NCBI GenBank assembly: GCA_000320545.1
Contig: ADNK01002959.1
Location: forward strand, 1 to 64,000
Length of the DNA stretch: 64,000 nucleotides
Direction: 5' to 3'
From: Bigelowiella natans CCMP2755
Taxonomy: Eukaryota > Protista > Cercozoa
Each line of letters begins with the position of its first letter. Position 1 is the stretch's first letter. A program made the translations under genes and the position numbers. Of the stretch, positions 25,728-40,239 are shown in pieces. The notes under the pieces were generated by a model that saw only the letters and a program-made list of their open reading frames with translations, ran no database searches and was not told where the DNA came from.

Positions 25728-25857
25728 CTACCTCAACCACCTTGCTGCATCTTTAGCATAGTATGTCAGAATGCAGCTAGCACCCGCGCGCCTGAAGCAC
25801 GTGAGAGTTTCTAAGACCGCCGCCTTCTCATCTGTAATGTGTGCATAATCCATCATA

Positions 25858-25912
<55 letters not shown>

Positions 25913-26466
25913 CGAGCATGAAGCAGATAGAAGAAGAAGCTGGTTTAGTGCACATTATAGGTGCAAATATACTTATTAACATTATCTGCCAAGCGACTCT
26001 CAAAGCGTCGTACACACTGACACCCCTCCCTACTATATACACGTCGGTGACCATAAGACTTACAACTGAAGTTCCTTACCTATCCAGCCGTTCAAAGCCG
26101 CGGCTTTGAGCATTGCATACTCTCCGGACACCTTTTCGATGGAAGAATACCAAATGCACGTGCCTCATTATTATTCATGCTGCCGTTCAAAGAGAAAACA
26201 ACAACAGAGGAAAGAGAAAGAATCTGGTTGCATTTGGCTTTCTCATCCGCCCCCTCCTCCTCTTCTTCTTCTTCTTCTTCTTGTTATAGTCTCTGTAAGT
26301 ACTCTACTGCTCGCCTCACCTGGTATGCTGCTATCGGAAGTTGTGTCTCTTCTTTGAGGAGGAGGATGATGTCAAGATATGGGAGGCCTGGCTTCACCAT
26401 TAGCATGTCAGCCTGATAGAAAGCAATAACAACTATGTTGGTAACATCAGTCACTCATCGTCATTA

Positions 26467-26503
<37 letters not shown>

Positions 26504-26861
26504 GTTTGAAGGGAGAGAAGACAGAGAAGGAGGAGGAAGGAGCGGAAAGGATATGAGAAAAGAGAGCTTATCAGCAAACACAGCGATCCTAGCATGATGT
26601 TGATACATCTGTGCGTCTTGTTCTCGTCGTCATCGTCGTATTTTTGTATACCCCTTCCTGCTCATCCAAAAGGGCTTCTCTGAGCGCCTCGCGTTTATTT
26701 GCAGGATCCATTTGGTATGTCTATGATAAGGAAAGGAAAAAGTAGAAGAGGGCGGGAGAAAGGGGGTACACACACACAAAATCGTATTAAACGAATCTCT
26801 CTCTCCTCCATCCCCTTTTTCTCCCTACTCATCACGGAGACGCTCCTCTACTGGAACAAGA

Positions 26862-26906
<45 letters not shown>

Positions 26907-27517
26907 AGAGAGAGAGAGGGAGAGAGGGAGAGAGGGAGCTAGAGAGAGAGGAGAGCACCTTTTTATTTGGAGGCGGGGCAGCGGCCGTATCTTGATTTTG
27001 ACTACTAGTCGCTCTTGGAGCGGAATCAAGTGCTTCTCTGAATGGACCTGCAAAGATGTTGCTGTTACTACTACTTACTACCCATGGACGACGTCAATAA
27101 CGACTAACTACGAATGCTAACTTTTATTCCTCATCGAGGACCTCACAATGTATCCCGGTAACTCTACTATAAACAAGTGCACACGACGACGACGACTACT
27201 TGCTACTTCGAGATATCATCATATAAAGAAGGCTTTGACTACCATAGAACCCACTCGCATATTTGGCTGTATAGCTGACGATGCTCACCTTAAGGGGGGG
27301 AAGGGGAGAGTATGAGGAGGAGGAGGAGGAGGAGGAGGAGGAGGAGGAGGAGGAGGAGGGGGGGGGGGGGGGGGGGGATTAGGCTACATCGTAATATTTG
27401 TAGTATGAGTTTGAAAGTGTTAGAAGAAGTTTTTGTTGTTGTTGTTGTTGTTTTTGTTACGTCATGGTGATATGAAGCAGTAGAAGAGAGGGTCATCACC
27501 ATTTTCATCATTTTTTT

Positions 27518-27553
<36 letters not shown>

Positions 27554-27832
27554 GAAGATCCTCCCTCTCCCCCAAACAACACACATCTGAATAGCCGTGC
27601 GTGTCGAGAGTCTCGCGGATAGCTCCAACTCGCCCATCCTTATTGGTCGTCATCATGATGGTAATGAAACATAAAACAAAGAAACATATCAATCACAGAC
27701 GACGGTGAAGATGTTGCATGATGATCGTGTCCTCCCCCCTCCATTTTCTCTCACCATCATATCCGAAGGTGAGATAACATCGCAGCCAGCCTGGGCATGG
27801 CAAAGTGCCTGTTTATGGTGATGATGAAGATA

Positions 27833-27863
<31 letters not shown>

Positions 27864-27995
27864 TGTAGCAGCAACAACAACACTCGTGAATAAGGACATT
27901 TTCCAACTCTCCAGGCAAACAAATATGATGGTCACCTGCTTGCATAATTGCTCTACGGTCAGATCGTTGAGAATCTATCAAGAAAGACAAGAGTA

Positions 27996-28035
<40 letters not shown>

Positions 28036-28460
28036 AACACAAACAGCAACGATAACAAAAACATTGTAATTAAAAAGCTGGCAGGGAGGAGCATTAACAC
28101 TTTTCTTCTTCTTCTTTTTCTTCATCATCATCATCATCATCATCATCTCGACTGTGAGTCTATCGCCTACCCTCGCATGGCCGTCGTCCCCGTGCAGAGA
28201 GTCGTTTGACAAAACTCCATCATGACCCTGATGTTGTTTGTTGTCATCACCATCGCAGTCGATAATTAGAATGTGGATGCAACTTGCCGCAGCCTACTAT
28301 TTGTCTTAGCACGCATATGTCCTGTCCTTCTGGACGATTAGAGTGGTGATGGTGGAGCCAGAGGAGTAATAGAAAACGTTTGCTGCAACAACCCGATCTG
28401 AGTAAGGATCAAGAGCCACGTCTGTCCACATATACCTAGGAGGAGGAGGAAGGACACACA

Positions 28461-28514
<54 letters not shown>

Positions 28515-28630
28515 AGTTTTTTTGGCATCATTGTGCGATGTGCTAGGTAATCTTACGCGTTTGGGAATTTGCTCTTTACTGCTCGAACACACGTTGGTAC
28601 AAGCCCTATAGAGTGGATCATATCACTGAC

Positions 28631-28673
<43 letters not shown>

Positions 28674-29401
28674 ACATTTTACTTCAACCCATACGCCTGC
28701 AAAGCAAATCGTCCGGTTTTTAACACAAACAACCTTTGGGGTCCATCGCTGCCGTGCCAAGGTTGTCCTAGGTCAAGGCAACGCAATGAACACTTTTTTG
28801 CCAATTATGATCGGTTTCGCGAGGATGATAATACTTGCATACCTTCAAGTTGTCTGCGATCTTTGGGAAAATCACGAAATGGTTCACCCCTAGTTCCAAG
28901 GCCTCCCCGACCTAGCGTTGTGCAAGTAGCACTTCTCACACCACACAAAGGTAGAAAAAGAAGGGTGGTGGGATCTGACCTCTTTCAGCAGCGAATCGAT
29001 GCTATGTCTCGAGCAGCCAGGCATGGCGGATATTGGTTCTGATTTGTCTTTATCATGCACGAAGAGAGGAAGTACCAGATTCTGCGGAGTTACTATTGTC
29101 TCTCGCACCATCGACCGAATCGCTCTATAAGCGTGGATACAAGATTTTTATTCCCTTCCAATCTTACTCATTATCATTTTTCAATAAAACAGTTGGGTCA
29201 TTGACACACTCACTCTGTCTTCCTGTTGCGGCGAGGCCTCTGATGCTGGGGGACGTGTGCATTTCCATTGACGTCTTGGCCCATCGTTACCCTGGCCAGA
29301 GGGTCTGAGGAAAAGGTTCGACCTGGAGATCTAGAGAGTATTGTTCCACCGGTGCACGGTCGTCTGAACCCCCTCCCCCTCCTTAGTATAGCTCTCAGCA
29401 T
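25728..29401 (-). CDS. hemB: Delta-aminolevulinic acid dehydratase (porphobilinogen synthase), Asp-rich Mg-type, multi-exon
   Basis: [30 protein letters not shown]|GHDG, SPSDMM|[20 protein letters not shown]|[28 protein letters not shown]|VSGEYAM and [12 protein letters not shown]. Both Schiff-base lysines are present. Confidence 0.97.
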
Positions 29402-29914
29402 GTGAAGGTCGTTTGAGGATTTACGCGTTGTGTAAATGTTGAGCGCTCGTTTAAGGCTTAGGTGTGGGGATACCGACGCAAAAAAATCCTCTTTCGGACA
29501 AAATCCCCCATATTTTATATCAAATAATAGGATTAGAGCAAGTCGCAGGGTCGGAAACCACAGATTCTATGAGTCGCGCCGAAATTGGAGCCCCAGGTCC
29601 GTTTATGCCTCAAAACCCCAATAAGTTTAGGCTAAAATCCATCGAAAATACTTCCATATAGAAACACTTCCTATTTAAAAAAGTAAAACGTTCTTCGATG
29701 GTGTACCAAGCGACATCTGAATCCTACATCGAATGAATTTTGGATGTTGTCACTGTTAAATCTGGACTAATTCATGGACAGAGCGGATGTCGTTCGAGAT
29801 GCAGCGACAAACGGAAACCCCCTGCATTTCGACACTTTCCCGTTACCATAGCAGTGTAACATAGTAACGCTATTGTTATCATTATTACCCAGAGGGGAGA
29901 GTACGTCTAATGCT

Positions 29915-32900
29915 ATGAAGGTGAGGGAGAGCCTCTACCGGATACCTTCTTTGCTTAGAATGCTCTCACAGTTACAAAGAAGGTGCCCCCTCGCAATCAT
30001 AGTGGCAGCTGTACTCTTGGCAACAACTGCAGCCGCGAATCCGAATCCCAATGACGCTTTGCAGATATTCGGCCCAAAAATCGTCGGAACATGCCATCGA
30101 GAAGTTGAAATTTACGCATATGCTCATCCGTCGATCCTTAGACCAGTCAACTATACATGGGATATTGGAGTCTCGTCGTCATCGTCATTGTCTTCCAGCA
30201 GCAGTACTTCCTCCCTGCTTGATACTCTGAACCATCACTTCAAAACCTTGGAGCACCGCCGAAGGGCCACCCCCCACATTCTATCACTTCCAACGACAAA
30301 TTTGACGATCAATGGAGTGTATCTCGTGAATGTCACTGTTGAAAGTAGTAGCGGCATCTACACCGCGTCGATGAGTCTCCGAAAAACCACGGGGTATGCG
30401 CCGCAGCTCCTCTTTCCCGGACCGCTGACAATTAAAGAGCATCGATTCGACCAAGAGCTGAGCATTAACCCCAGAGTAAAGGGATGGGAATCAGCTTCAT
30501 CATTATCCTCACTTCGATCGGTGTGTCCTGGTCTCAGCCAGCATGGCAGTCACAACCACCACAACCATCTTCGGATGAGCGCCCACTGGTTGCAGCAGTA
30601 TCCAACAACGACACGACGATTTGGTGGATCTTCGTCCCACCACGGCTTCCTCCTCCATCTACGCTTGGCCCCGAACACGCTTCATCCAGGTAGTGTATAC
30701 ATTTTCAAACTCTGCGTGTCGATTTTGAGCGCCAATAGCAATGGCGGGGGAGATGTTATCGTTGCAAGCGCAAACGAGACAGTTGTGGTCCATGTGGCTG
30801 ATGAGCCTCTTCGAGCAGTCATCGCAGGTGGCTTGCAACGTACAGTCGCTATCTCCAACGGGCAGCCTCCCTTACCCCGTTCGGTAGTAGTAGTCTTTAA
30901 TGGCTCAGGGTCAAGAGATTTTTACCATAATCCCACTTCAACAGCCAACCGCAACCTTTCATTTTCTTGGCATTGCACGGATCTATCCACTGATACAGCG
31001 ATACCTATTACCGTCGCTCCTGGAGACACTTCCGTGGCTAAAATTGCTACGGTTGACCTACGCACGAATCAAACATATCGTGTCAATCTTACTGTGAGTG
31101 CAACCAACAGCGGCTCCACTAGAGTCGAAACTGCCAGTATCATCCAAATTCTCAGTGTAATAGAGAGCAGTAACAGTAGTGGTAGTAGTAGTAGTAGTAG
31201 TAACAGTACCAGCTATGAGATGCTACAGCCGCCGTTTGATTCGCAAATTAAAGTGTTGATGCCAAATGGGCTGCTGCCGTCAGCGAGGATTATCGGTGGT
31301 ACCTTCACGGTTAGTCCGCAAAGGAAGCTGGTGCTGAAAGCTAGTTTCTATGCGAATAGCAAGGAGGAAAAGAGGTGCGGGTCGTGTATGCAATGCCATT
31401 CTTCTCTATCAGTCTTAGAACGTAGCAAACGATATCCTCTTAGATAAATTGCGTGGTTTTGACATCCTTGCCTGTTGTGTTTCATGAATAACTTAGGTTA
31501 TTAAATTCTTCTGACGTCGAATGGAGCTGCATCAGTTCTCCCCACGCTACCTCTTCCCTACCAGCTGTGTGTTCGCTAGGTCCACAGCCAGCAGTACACC
31601 ATAATAGACGCGGGAGAAAGCTCCGCACTAGCCACCCCCTCATTCGCCACCAGCACCTGATCGTTCCACCGTTCTCTTTGCCGCCTGACTCTCTCATAAC
31701 ATTCCGGGTATCTCTGTCTTCCTACAAATCGCGCTCTGCAACAAGTTACGTGGCGTCCATCGTCATCAGAACAAGCCCCCTCCCTACTTTGGGGACGTGT
31801 AGCGGTGAGTGATCCGACGGAGGGATTAGTATTCTTAATGCCTGCTGCGCATGTGGAAGAAGAAAAATGTCTGATCGCATCACAGAGTATCTCACAAATC
31901 ACCGGATATCTTTTATGTCTACCCTCGAACGCGCTAGCGCAAAGGCATCATCAGGACTGCATCACATGGAAACGACCTAAAACAATCTTATATAATGTCT
32001 CAGGTACACCAGAGGCCGGCTTCGTATTCTCTACACTCTTTCAGCTTTCCTGCACTGGCCAAGGATCAAGCACGGGGCCTTTGCGGTACAAATTCCAGGT
32101 TAGGAGGTCTGCTGACCTTGCAACAGCGGGTGTATACTACGATCTATGCTCACTGCGTTTGCTTCCGCATCTCATCACGTTGCTGCCAGAAGGAGGACGG
32201 CACGAGGATGGCAACAACACCGTTGTCATAAGGGCTATTGCAGAGGGCGAATTCGGAGCGCGGACTGATGGTATGATGCTGACTCGCAGCTTCACACATG
32301 CATTTCCAGCATTTCATCATTTGGTCTTATGTAGTGTTTCATGATCTTGCTAAGGACGGCGACGGAGACAGTGTATGGTTGTTTTGACACCTTGATGTTT
32401 CCCCCATTCCTTCCGGACTCTCCTCCTTACAGGATCTTTCACATTGCAAGTGGCTCAGAGAAATCAGACCGACGCCAAGTTACTCACCGCCTTTACATCA
32501 GAAGCGTTGAACGCTTCGCAGCGTGGGAATACAGAGGTGCTTTCCTCTAGCATTGTATGCGCGTAGAAGGGACGCGGAGAATCTCACAATAAGCTCATAA
32601 CCTGCTGCTTCATGCTGTGTTTGTCTTTACTTTATTCCCAGACCCACGCCATCCTGGTTGCATCTATCGCGTCGCTCCTCAGAGATGACCTGTCTTCCTC
32701 ACTAAGTCAACATTACAACGACAAGAGGAAAAGGACACGCCTTCGCCTCATTGAGTCGATAGCTGCCAACTCCTCTCTTCTGACGGCGTCAACTAAATTG
32801 CGGCTCTTAGAAGCTCTTCTTGACTATGGAGTAGCCACGGTAAGATGATGATGACGATGATGCATTTGATCCTATCCATCTTCTTGCTGTTCTGTTTTTT

Positions 32901-32949
32901 TCGTTCCTTCTCTCCTTCCTATGCTTGATTTTCTTTCAAATTGCCTTCA

Positions 32950-32982
<33 letters not shown>

Positions 32983-34061
32983 TCCCTCTGTTATAGAATT
33001 TGATAAAACTCAAAGACTTCTTTTACCTTATATGCTCTGCAGGAGGCAGCAGCATCCCAACATGCAGCCGCTGAGATCCTCGTCGAACGCGTGTTTGATC
33101 TCGCTTTGCTCATAATTGAGCAAGCGACGTCAATGGGGCCATTGAGTAGCGGAGACAATGCTTGGGGCTTAACAGAAGGGGGAGAGTTGACGGAGCTTCA
33201 TTCTGATATTCTATGCATCCTAGCTTCTCTCTCCCATTTAATTTCTAGCACGCATAATCTACCCTCTTCGTCGGTCGGTGGAGGCTCGTTGCCGTCTCCA
33301 TCTTCGTTATTTCCATCGGTGTCGCTTGTATCCCGAATCGAAGGCGTATTGTCCTTCATCACCTCGGCGGTTGTGAAAGATGATCTCGCTGGCGAAGAAG
33401 CTGCAGTGGGGTTTGGTTCCACAGAACTGCTCCAAGATCTACGTGCTGTCTCCTTTCATATCTCAGCCAAAAAAGTACAGTACCAATCCCAGCAGCCACA
33501 GCAGCAGCAGCATGTGATACTGCGCTCCAATAGTGCTGGGGGATACGTCAAATTCCCAATAGACTCTTTTCCCTCAGAATCATCTGGCAGCAGTGCGGGT
33601 ACAGGATTGATACTGTCTCTATGTGTTATTCAAGGCGATATTCTGTACAAATCCGCGTACCAATCGTCATCATCATCATCATCATTATCATCATCATTGC
33701 CATCGTCTTTAACGTCACTTCCACAGTCATCAAAGAACACGAGTTCAGTGATCATAGAAATGAAACACGGTTCTTCACCGCTCATACCTCTCCGGGTAGA
33801 AGGCGCAACCGACAACCCCTTCATCTTCAGCATTCCGGGGGCAAAGACTCGTGCATTAACGGGAAATACACATGACATAACTGATGCAGACGCGCCAGTT
33901 TGTCGGTATTGGAATACTACTTTAAGAACCTGGGAACAGCATGGCGTTCAAGCTATCTCACTCAATCAAAGTAACAGTTTATGATGATAAGTGAGCTTGC
34001 AGTGAGATGTTCTTCATTATTGTTGGCCAACGCTATATACACATTATATAGATATACATAT

Positions 34062-34092
<31 letters not shown>

Positions 34093-34380
34093 GGGCGGGT
34101 CGCGCGCACTTTCATATCCGATTCCCTTCTTTCCTCCGTGTTCATGATTCTGTATTTTCGATGTCGCAGGCACTGGGGAGGTGGAGTGCACGAGCAGTCA
34201 TCTCACAGCATTTCATGGTGGCACTGAAATAAAGGCAGAGCTTAACACAATTGAACGGGAGGAAGCAAGGGACGTTCGCGCGCTTGATCCAAGACACAAC
34301 TCAATGATGGTGATAAATAAATTAGCAATGTGTGAATGAATGATTGTGGAGGACGCTGGTGGTTGGTAGCGGTGGTACTC

Positions 34381-34412
<32 letters not shown>

Positions 34413-34675
34413 TACACGTACTGATATCCTCCGTGGCTGTCATCTCATCACAGGTATTTCTAATGGTGCTGATTGGAAGTTTCATGCTAGCCAGTCCCTT
34501 TGCCCGCGTCTACGACATTGCTCAGAAGAGGAAGGGGAATGAGAGCAAGGAGAACGAGATTGCGTTCTGGCGTGATTCGAATCGAGTCAAGAAGCTGCGA
34601 CTCGGTATGATCCTCGTCTGCTCGAGTGCCTGCTTTGATAGTTGTCTAGGTTCTTATTCGTCGTTTCTCTGTCTC

Positions 34676-34718
<43 letters not shown>

Positions 34719-35629
34719 TTATTTCTACTTTCTCTTCCGAGTGAGAAAGCAATGTATTCATGCATCCATGATGTAACCGGCAATGGTGCTGCTTCGCCTT
34801 CATTAGGAGCGCGATCGTGGAGTAGTTTTGGTTCAGCTTCAGTTTGGGGGATGAAACGGCGTCACACATGGTTTTCCATAGTTCTACGGCCATCTGGAGA
34901 TCACATGAACTCCCAGAAACGACTAGCCACGCTTTTAGTTCTTCTCCTCAACTCTGCCGTCGTGTGTGCCTTACTTGTGGATACAGAGCAAAGGCTTCCA
35001 TTCTTGTCCTCCGCCATCTCGCTCGCGCTGATGGCTTGCCTACTCGCGTTTCCTGTGCCATTTGTCTTTGCATTGCTGTTTGACCGTAAGACGCCCAAGT
35101 CCATGCGTGTCCGGTTTGAAAACGCAGCGATGGGAACGTGGCTCGGTCTCATAATGATATTAGCTAGCATCTGCTCGCAGGGGGAGGGTGTGGAGATGGG
35201 AGGTCTTGAGCATGACGAAGACATTGATGCAGGGGGGGGAGATGCAGCTGATGAGGATGGAGCTGGCGGAGGAGGGGGTGGTAGAGCAGAGCAAGAAGCA
35301 GGTATGATTTATTCTTCCTTCCAAAGATGTGGTTATAGCAAATTACATCATAACTGAAAATTGCACAGGCGGGGGTAACAACGCTGATCAGCAAGCGGGA
35401 GAGGGCGACCAGGCCGAGAACGCACATGCCGACCGCAAGGAGGAGAAGGAAGACGACAAAAAGGAAAAATCGAGCATCAGGAAATTCGCAAACTTTCGCT
35501 CCAGAAATCGAGTAATCGGGGGCAGCTCAGACCTGTCTTTTTCTCCTGCAAGCAGCAGCAACGTTATGGCGTTCAGTCCTGACTCAAATGCGAACATCGT
35601 CATCAAAGGTGTGCGTGCGTGTGTGCGTG

Positions 35630-35674
<45 letters not shown>

Positions 35675-35680
35675 GAGAGG

Positions 35681-35739
<59 letters not shown>

Positions 35740-36461
35740 TGTGTCCGTATGCGAGCGCGTACGTTTGTTCGAAACGATATAGACTTTCCCAGATATTTAT
35801 CCAGCATTCTATATTCGCCCAAATTATCCTACTTCTCTTCATATTTAATTTACTATTTGATTCCTCCCTCACCACCCCCTTCCTGCTCAATAGGTGCCAC
35901 AACAGGAGCGATTGCTGGCACGATGTTATCCACGGATAGCGTGAGGGGGGAGGAGAAGAAACAAGTACTCGGTGATGACGACAATGATGATGATGATGAT
36001 GATGATGAAAAGGACAAGGATGAGATAGGATACAAGCTTTCGAAGGACGAGGATGCTGTTGTGGAATTATATTTTGGTGATAAGCAGCGGGGGGGGGAGG
36101 AAAAGAAAGTGGCAGCATCTTCCGTCATCTCTCCATCCCATGCAGATCTTACCCTCGGCATTGGGAGAGAGTGGGGAGGGCAGGAAGAAAAGACGTCTTT
36201 TCTTTCCGCCTACTGTGGCTGTTGTTGTTGTTGCTGCTGTTGCTGCTGTCATCGTCGCGACCATCAAGGCGATGAGGGAAAAGATAGGATACGCAATTCC
36301 TCGTCGTCGTTAAAGGATAGCATTAGCGTGTATGAATGGACACGGTGCGACATTTTTGGAATATTCCTAGTCGTGGTTATCACATTAGGTGGGTCTTTGC
36401 TTAATATTTCCTAATTGTCGCATCAGCCTCTCTCTCTCTCTCTCTCTCTCTGTGTATGCGT

Positions 36462-36499
<38 letters not shown>

Positions 36500-36582
36500 T
36501 TCACTTGAATATATATATATACACACACACACAAAGCATACTTTGTTCATCATCTCTCTTTCCTCGTCCACACGATAATCAC

Positions 36583-36627
<45 letters not shown>

Positions 36628-37824
36628 CAGATCATCATCAGATTCGTTTATGATTATGCAGGTTGCTCCTTCATCCTGGCTACATTGAGCTGGAGTATGA
36701 AGCATAAACGCAGTCTCACCGTGATGACAACGCTCACAGCTTTTGGGCAAGACATGACCTTCCGTATCGTTGCAATACTTCTTATCGAGTTCATCATCTT
36801 GGCCCCTCTTTTAACGGGTTTCTTCTGCTACGAGGGAGGAGGGGAACCAAGGGCAGCAAAGGAAGGTTGTTGCAAAATAATAACACTAAGGAAGCAAAAA
36901 AGATACGCACATATATAGATATTATGTAATTATATAATATATTCTATTCGGGTACTGCGCATAACCCCAAATGTTTGATCATTTGAGATCGAGCATTTTC
37001 TGGTTGAAATCCATACCTGTCATCTAAGAGACGATTCCAACGAACACAATGGTGGGATTGGGACGAGTGAGGGCCAATTCGGTTGCATTCTGCCATCGGA
37101 TGAGCCAGCCTTCAGCTTCGACAAGGACGCTGTTGTATGCGTTCTTCATGAAAGGGGCTTCAAGGAGGGGATTTGTGTCGGCTGGAAAATCGTTGAGGTG
37201 GAGGGGAAATACGTGACTGATGGAGACGAGGCTAGGTTTGCTTCCTTTTTGACCCCTCCTTATCCACCTAGAAGAGAAGACTGACGACGACCTGGCAAAC
37301 TGTGTCGCCATACTCTAATTGTTCCCCATTGTTCTCGCTCCGCAATTGTTCCACAGGAGCGCCATTCGCCAGGCCCATCGTATCAGCAAGACGTTTCACA
37401 TTAACTTCGCCACCACTACACAACGCAATTGGCTCTCTCATAAAAGAGACGGTAAACATCGGCAACGTCGGATGTCAAGATCATCACAGGTACTGTTAAT
37501 CGCAAGTATCACCTCCCTCACCACTGACATGAAAGTCGATATGTACGTAACCTTCATGTATCGTCTGTTGCTTTTCCCATTATTTACTCACTTTTTTAAC
37601 AGGAACAGGTAGGACGGATAATGAGGAAGAGAATATCTAGTGCGGCAGCAGCTTCATCGCTCTCTTCGGTTGAGACTTCAAACTCTATGATAGTTGTTGC
37701 TGCTGCTGATTGTGATACCAAAATGCATCAACAAGAGGCTGAGCCGGACAGAATGATGACAAAAAGCAAATTGCCAACATTGGAGAGGGTCAATACATGG
37801 AGAGTCGAGAAATTAGCCATTTGA
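29915..37824 (+). CDS. Polycystin-1-like receptor: signal peptide, PKD/REJ region, GAIN/GPS, multiple TM helices, C-terminal PDZ-like domain
   Basis: Signal AIIVAAVLLATTAAA. REJ hallmarks LAPNTLHPGSVYIFKL, PLRAVIAGG, FNGSGSRD, LSFSWHC, G-F-FSTLFQLSC and LPEG. GPS CRYWN...WEQHG...ECTSSHLTAF, then TM1, HTWFSIV-RP...SQKRL and further TMs. Tail GICVGWKIVEVEGKYV. Confidence 0.88.
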
Positions 37825-38431
37825 TCTCATGACCTCCCCTTGCAGTGGATGGTTGATAGATGTGGATAGAAACTACATGGCTTTACTATTCGCTGCAGAA
37901 TTTATCACGCTTGGAACTGTACAACTATTGTTACAAACTGATTGCACGTGTGGTGTATGCATGCTAATTTTTGGCTACATATGCAATGTGTATTACTTAC
38001 TAAGGAGCATCGCATAGCATGCATTGACAATATGAATATCTACGCCTGTCATTTGAGACATGTGCCTCAGGAAGTTAGTACGTGCTAGCCATACAGCGAT
38101 TACGACATGCAGCAAGCTTAAGGGGGGCTGCAGCATGCATGTGATGTGGTTGGGCGTGCAATTTCATGTAAGTAGCCCAGATAGAAAAGAATTTCAATCT
38201 AGGGATCGATCGGGTCTCCCAGACTTACGAGCGATCGCAAATACATGCAATCACGCATCCGATCCTCAGCTCATATACTCACTATGTAGATCACGTTAAT
38301 ACATACGAGTAACTCCCCTGCATATTTGCTGCGCTATATTTAGCGCTGACGTACGTATGTGAATACAAGGCGCATTTGCGTACATATGTATGTTCTTCAC
38401 AATGTGATGCAACATCAATCACCCTTCATCA

Positions 38432-38464
<33 letters not shown>

Positions 38465-38727
38465 TCCTTTCATCGCAGCGCTAGCATTGTCATACTGTTT
38501 ACATCTAGACATTGCGAGACCTCTCGATCACAACGACGCATCGATCGTATATATAATGTTTCGAGACCGCCTCGGCATCTAGCCGTATGTCCAAACGAAT
38601 AAAAATGCATCATTGTATAGCAATGTAATACATCCTCAGTTATATATATATATATATATATATATATACTTCACAGGACTCAACAACAACATCGTCACGG
38701 ACAGATCTACCCTCCATACTAGTTCGC

Positions 38728-38986
38728 TCAATTGTTGACCTTGCAGGATGCAATGGTACCAAGCTGATAGTCTTTCGAGTTCTTCATCTCTTTTTCGTCT
38801 GCGAGTTGCTCATCTAAGCTACCGAATTCCCCCCCCTTCACCAGCATCCCGTTGTTCTTGTCATTTCTTTGTACTGTAGGCGCAGAAGACGCAGAGCATG
38901 ATGGGGCTGGAGACACACCATCCCTGAAGGAGAGGTAAATTAGTATGAATGCGCTGTACCGAAAACAAAGAACATAACTTATCATA

Positions 38987-39033
<47 letters not shown>

Positions 39034-39259
39034 ACGAATATGCGCGACAGCGTCGTCGTCAGTTGTGCTTACGTCAAAACTTTCCAGCCCTTGGATGGAG
39101 GAACATGAATGTCCACATCAAGATCCAGGCCTGGCGTCCAATCAGCGTTTTGGGGAATCTGAGAATAGGTGATGAGACACTAGTTAATTGTGTGCGTGTA
39201 GTATTATTGCTGATAGAACATGAGCGAACAATCACGCGCGCACGTGCACACACACATAT

Positions 39260-39292
<33 letters not shown>

Positions 39293-39353
39293 CACACACC
39301 AAAAATTTCCCTTACTACAAAAAATACCACGATTATACTATTTTAATAGTGGT

Positions 39354-39395
<42 letters not shown>

Positions 39396-39649
39396 ATAGT
39401 GTACCTCAGCAATGACATTGTATAAATCAACATCGGGCTTTGACCTAAACAATCATTCAAGTAATAATCTCCATCACCATCATCATCATAATCATCATCA
39501 TCATCCTTCCGGCCTCTTCCCTGTTGTTAGTGATATATTACATATTTTTATGTCGTTGCCTCATCATAATTACCACTTTCCACCAGAGTTCTTGGCATTT
39601 TTATAAAGCCACCACTTATGTTCCTGTGTGTGTGTGTTTGTGTGTGTGT

Positions 39650-39706
<57 letters not shown>

Positions 39707-40204
39707 GGACAAGAGAAGAAGCGACTTGAAGGTCGTCATCACCAGCATCATCATCATCCTTTCTTGATGATTGAGCAACGATAACGAGCTATTCCATCAA
39801 GGTTTATCAACATTCATTGGAAGATGAAGCATAGACGATTAGATTTCTACATTGGTAGTCTTTGACAATGCTCTGCACAGAGTGTATCTTATCATTTCTC
39901 CGCCCTGACTCTCCTTACTCTGCTCCGATTCGCCACTCCTTTTCTTGCTGTCGTTGCTGCTGTTGCTCCTACTCAATCTTCGGTATACACACACACCGTC
40001 CCTGAGTGATAATAAATGCAAGCGAAGAAGAAGAAGAAGAAGAAGAATAAGAAGAAGAAGACTCTCATTATTTCAAGAAGATTGTGAGCAACATTGATTC
40101 TTTCTTTAGATGGCGTAAGAGTATGCCATTGCAAAATATGCTCCTCAGCATCACCTTCCTCCCTTTTCTACTGCTTGTCACAGAAACTCACATAATACAC
40201 AATA

Positions 40205-40239
<35 letters not shown>

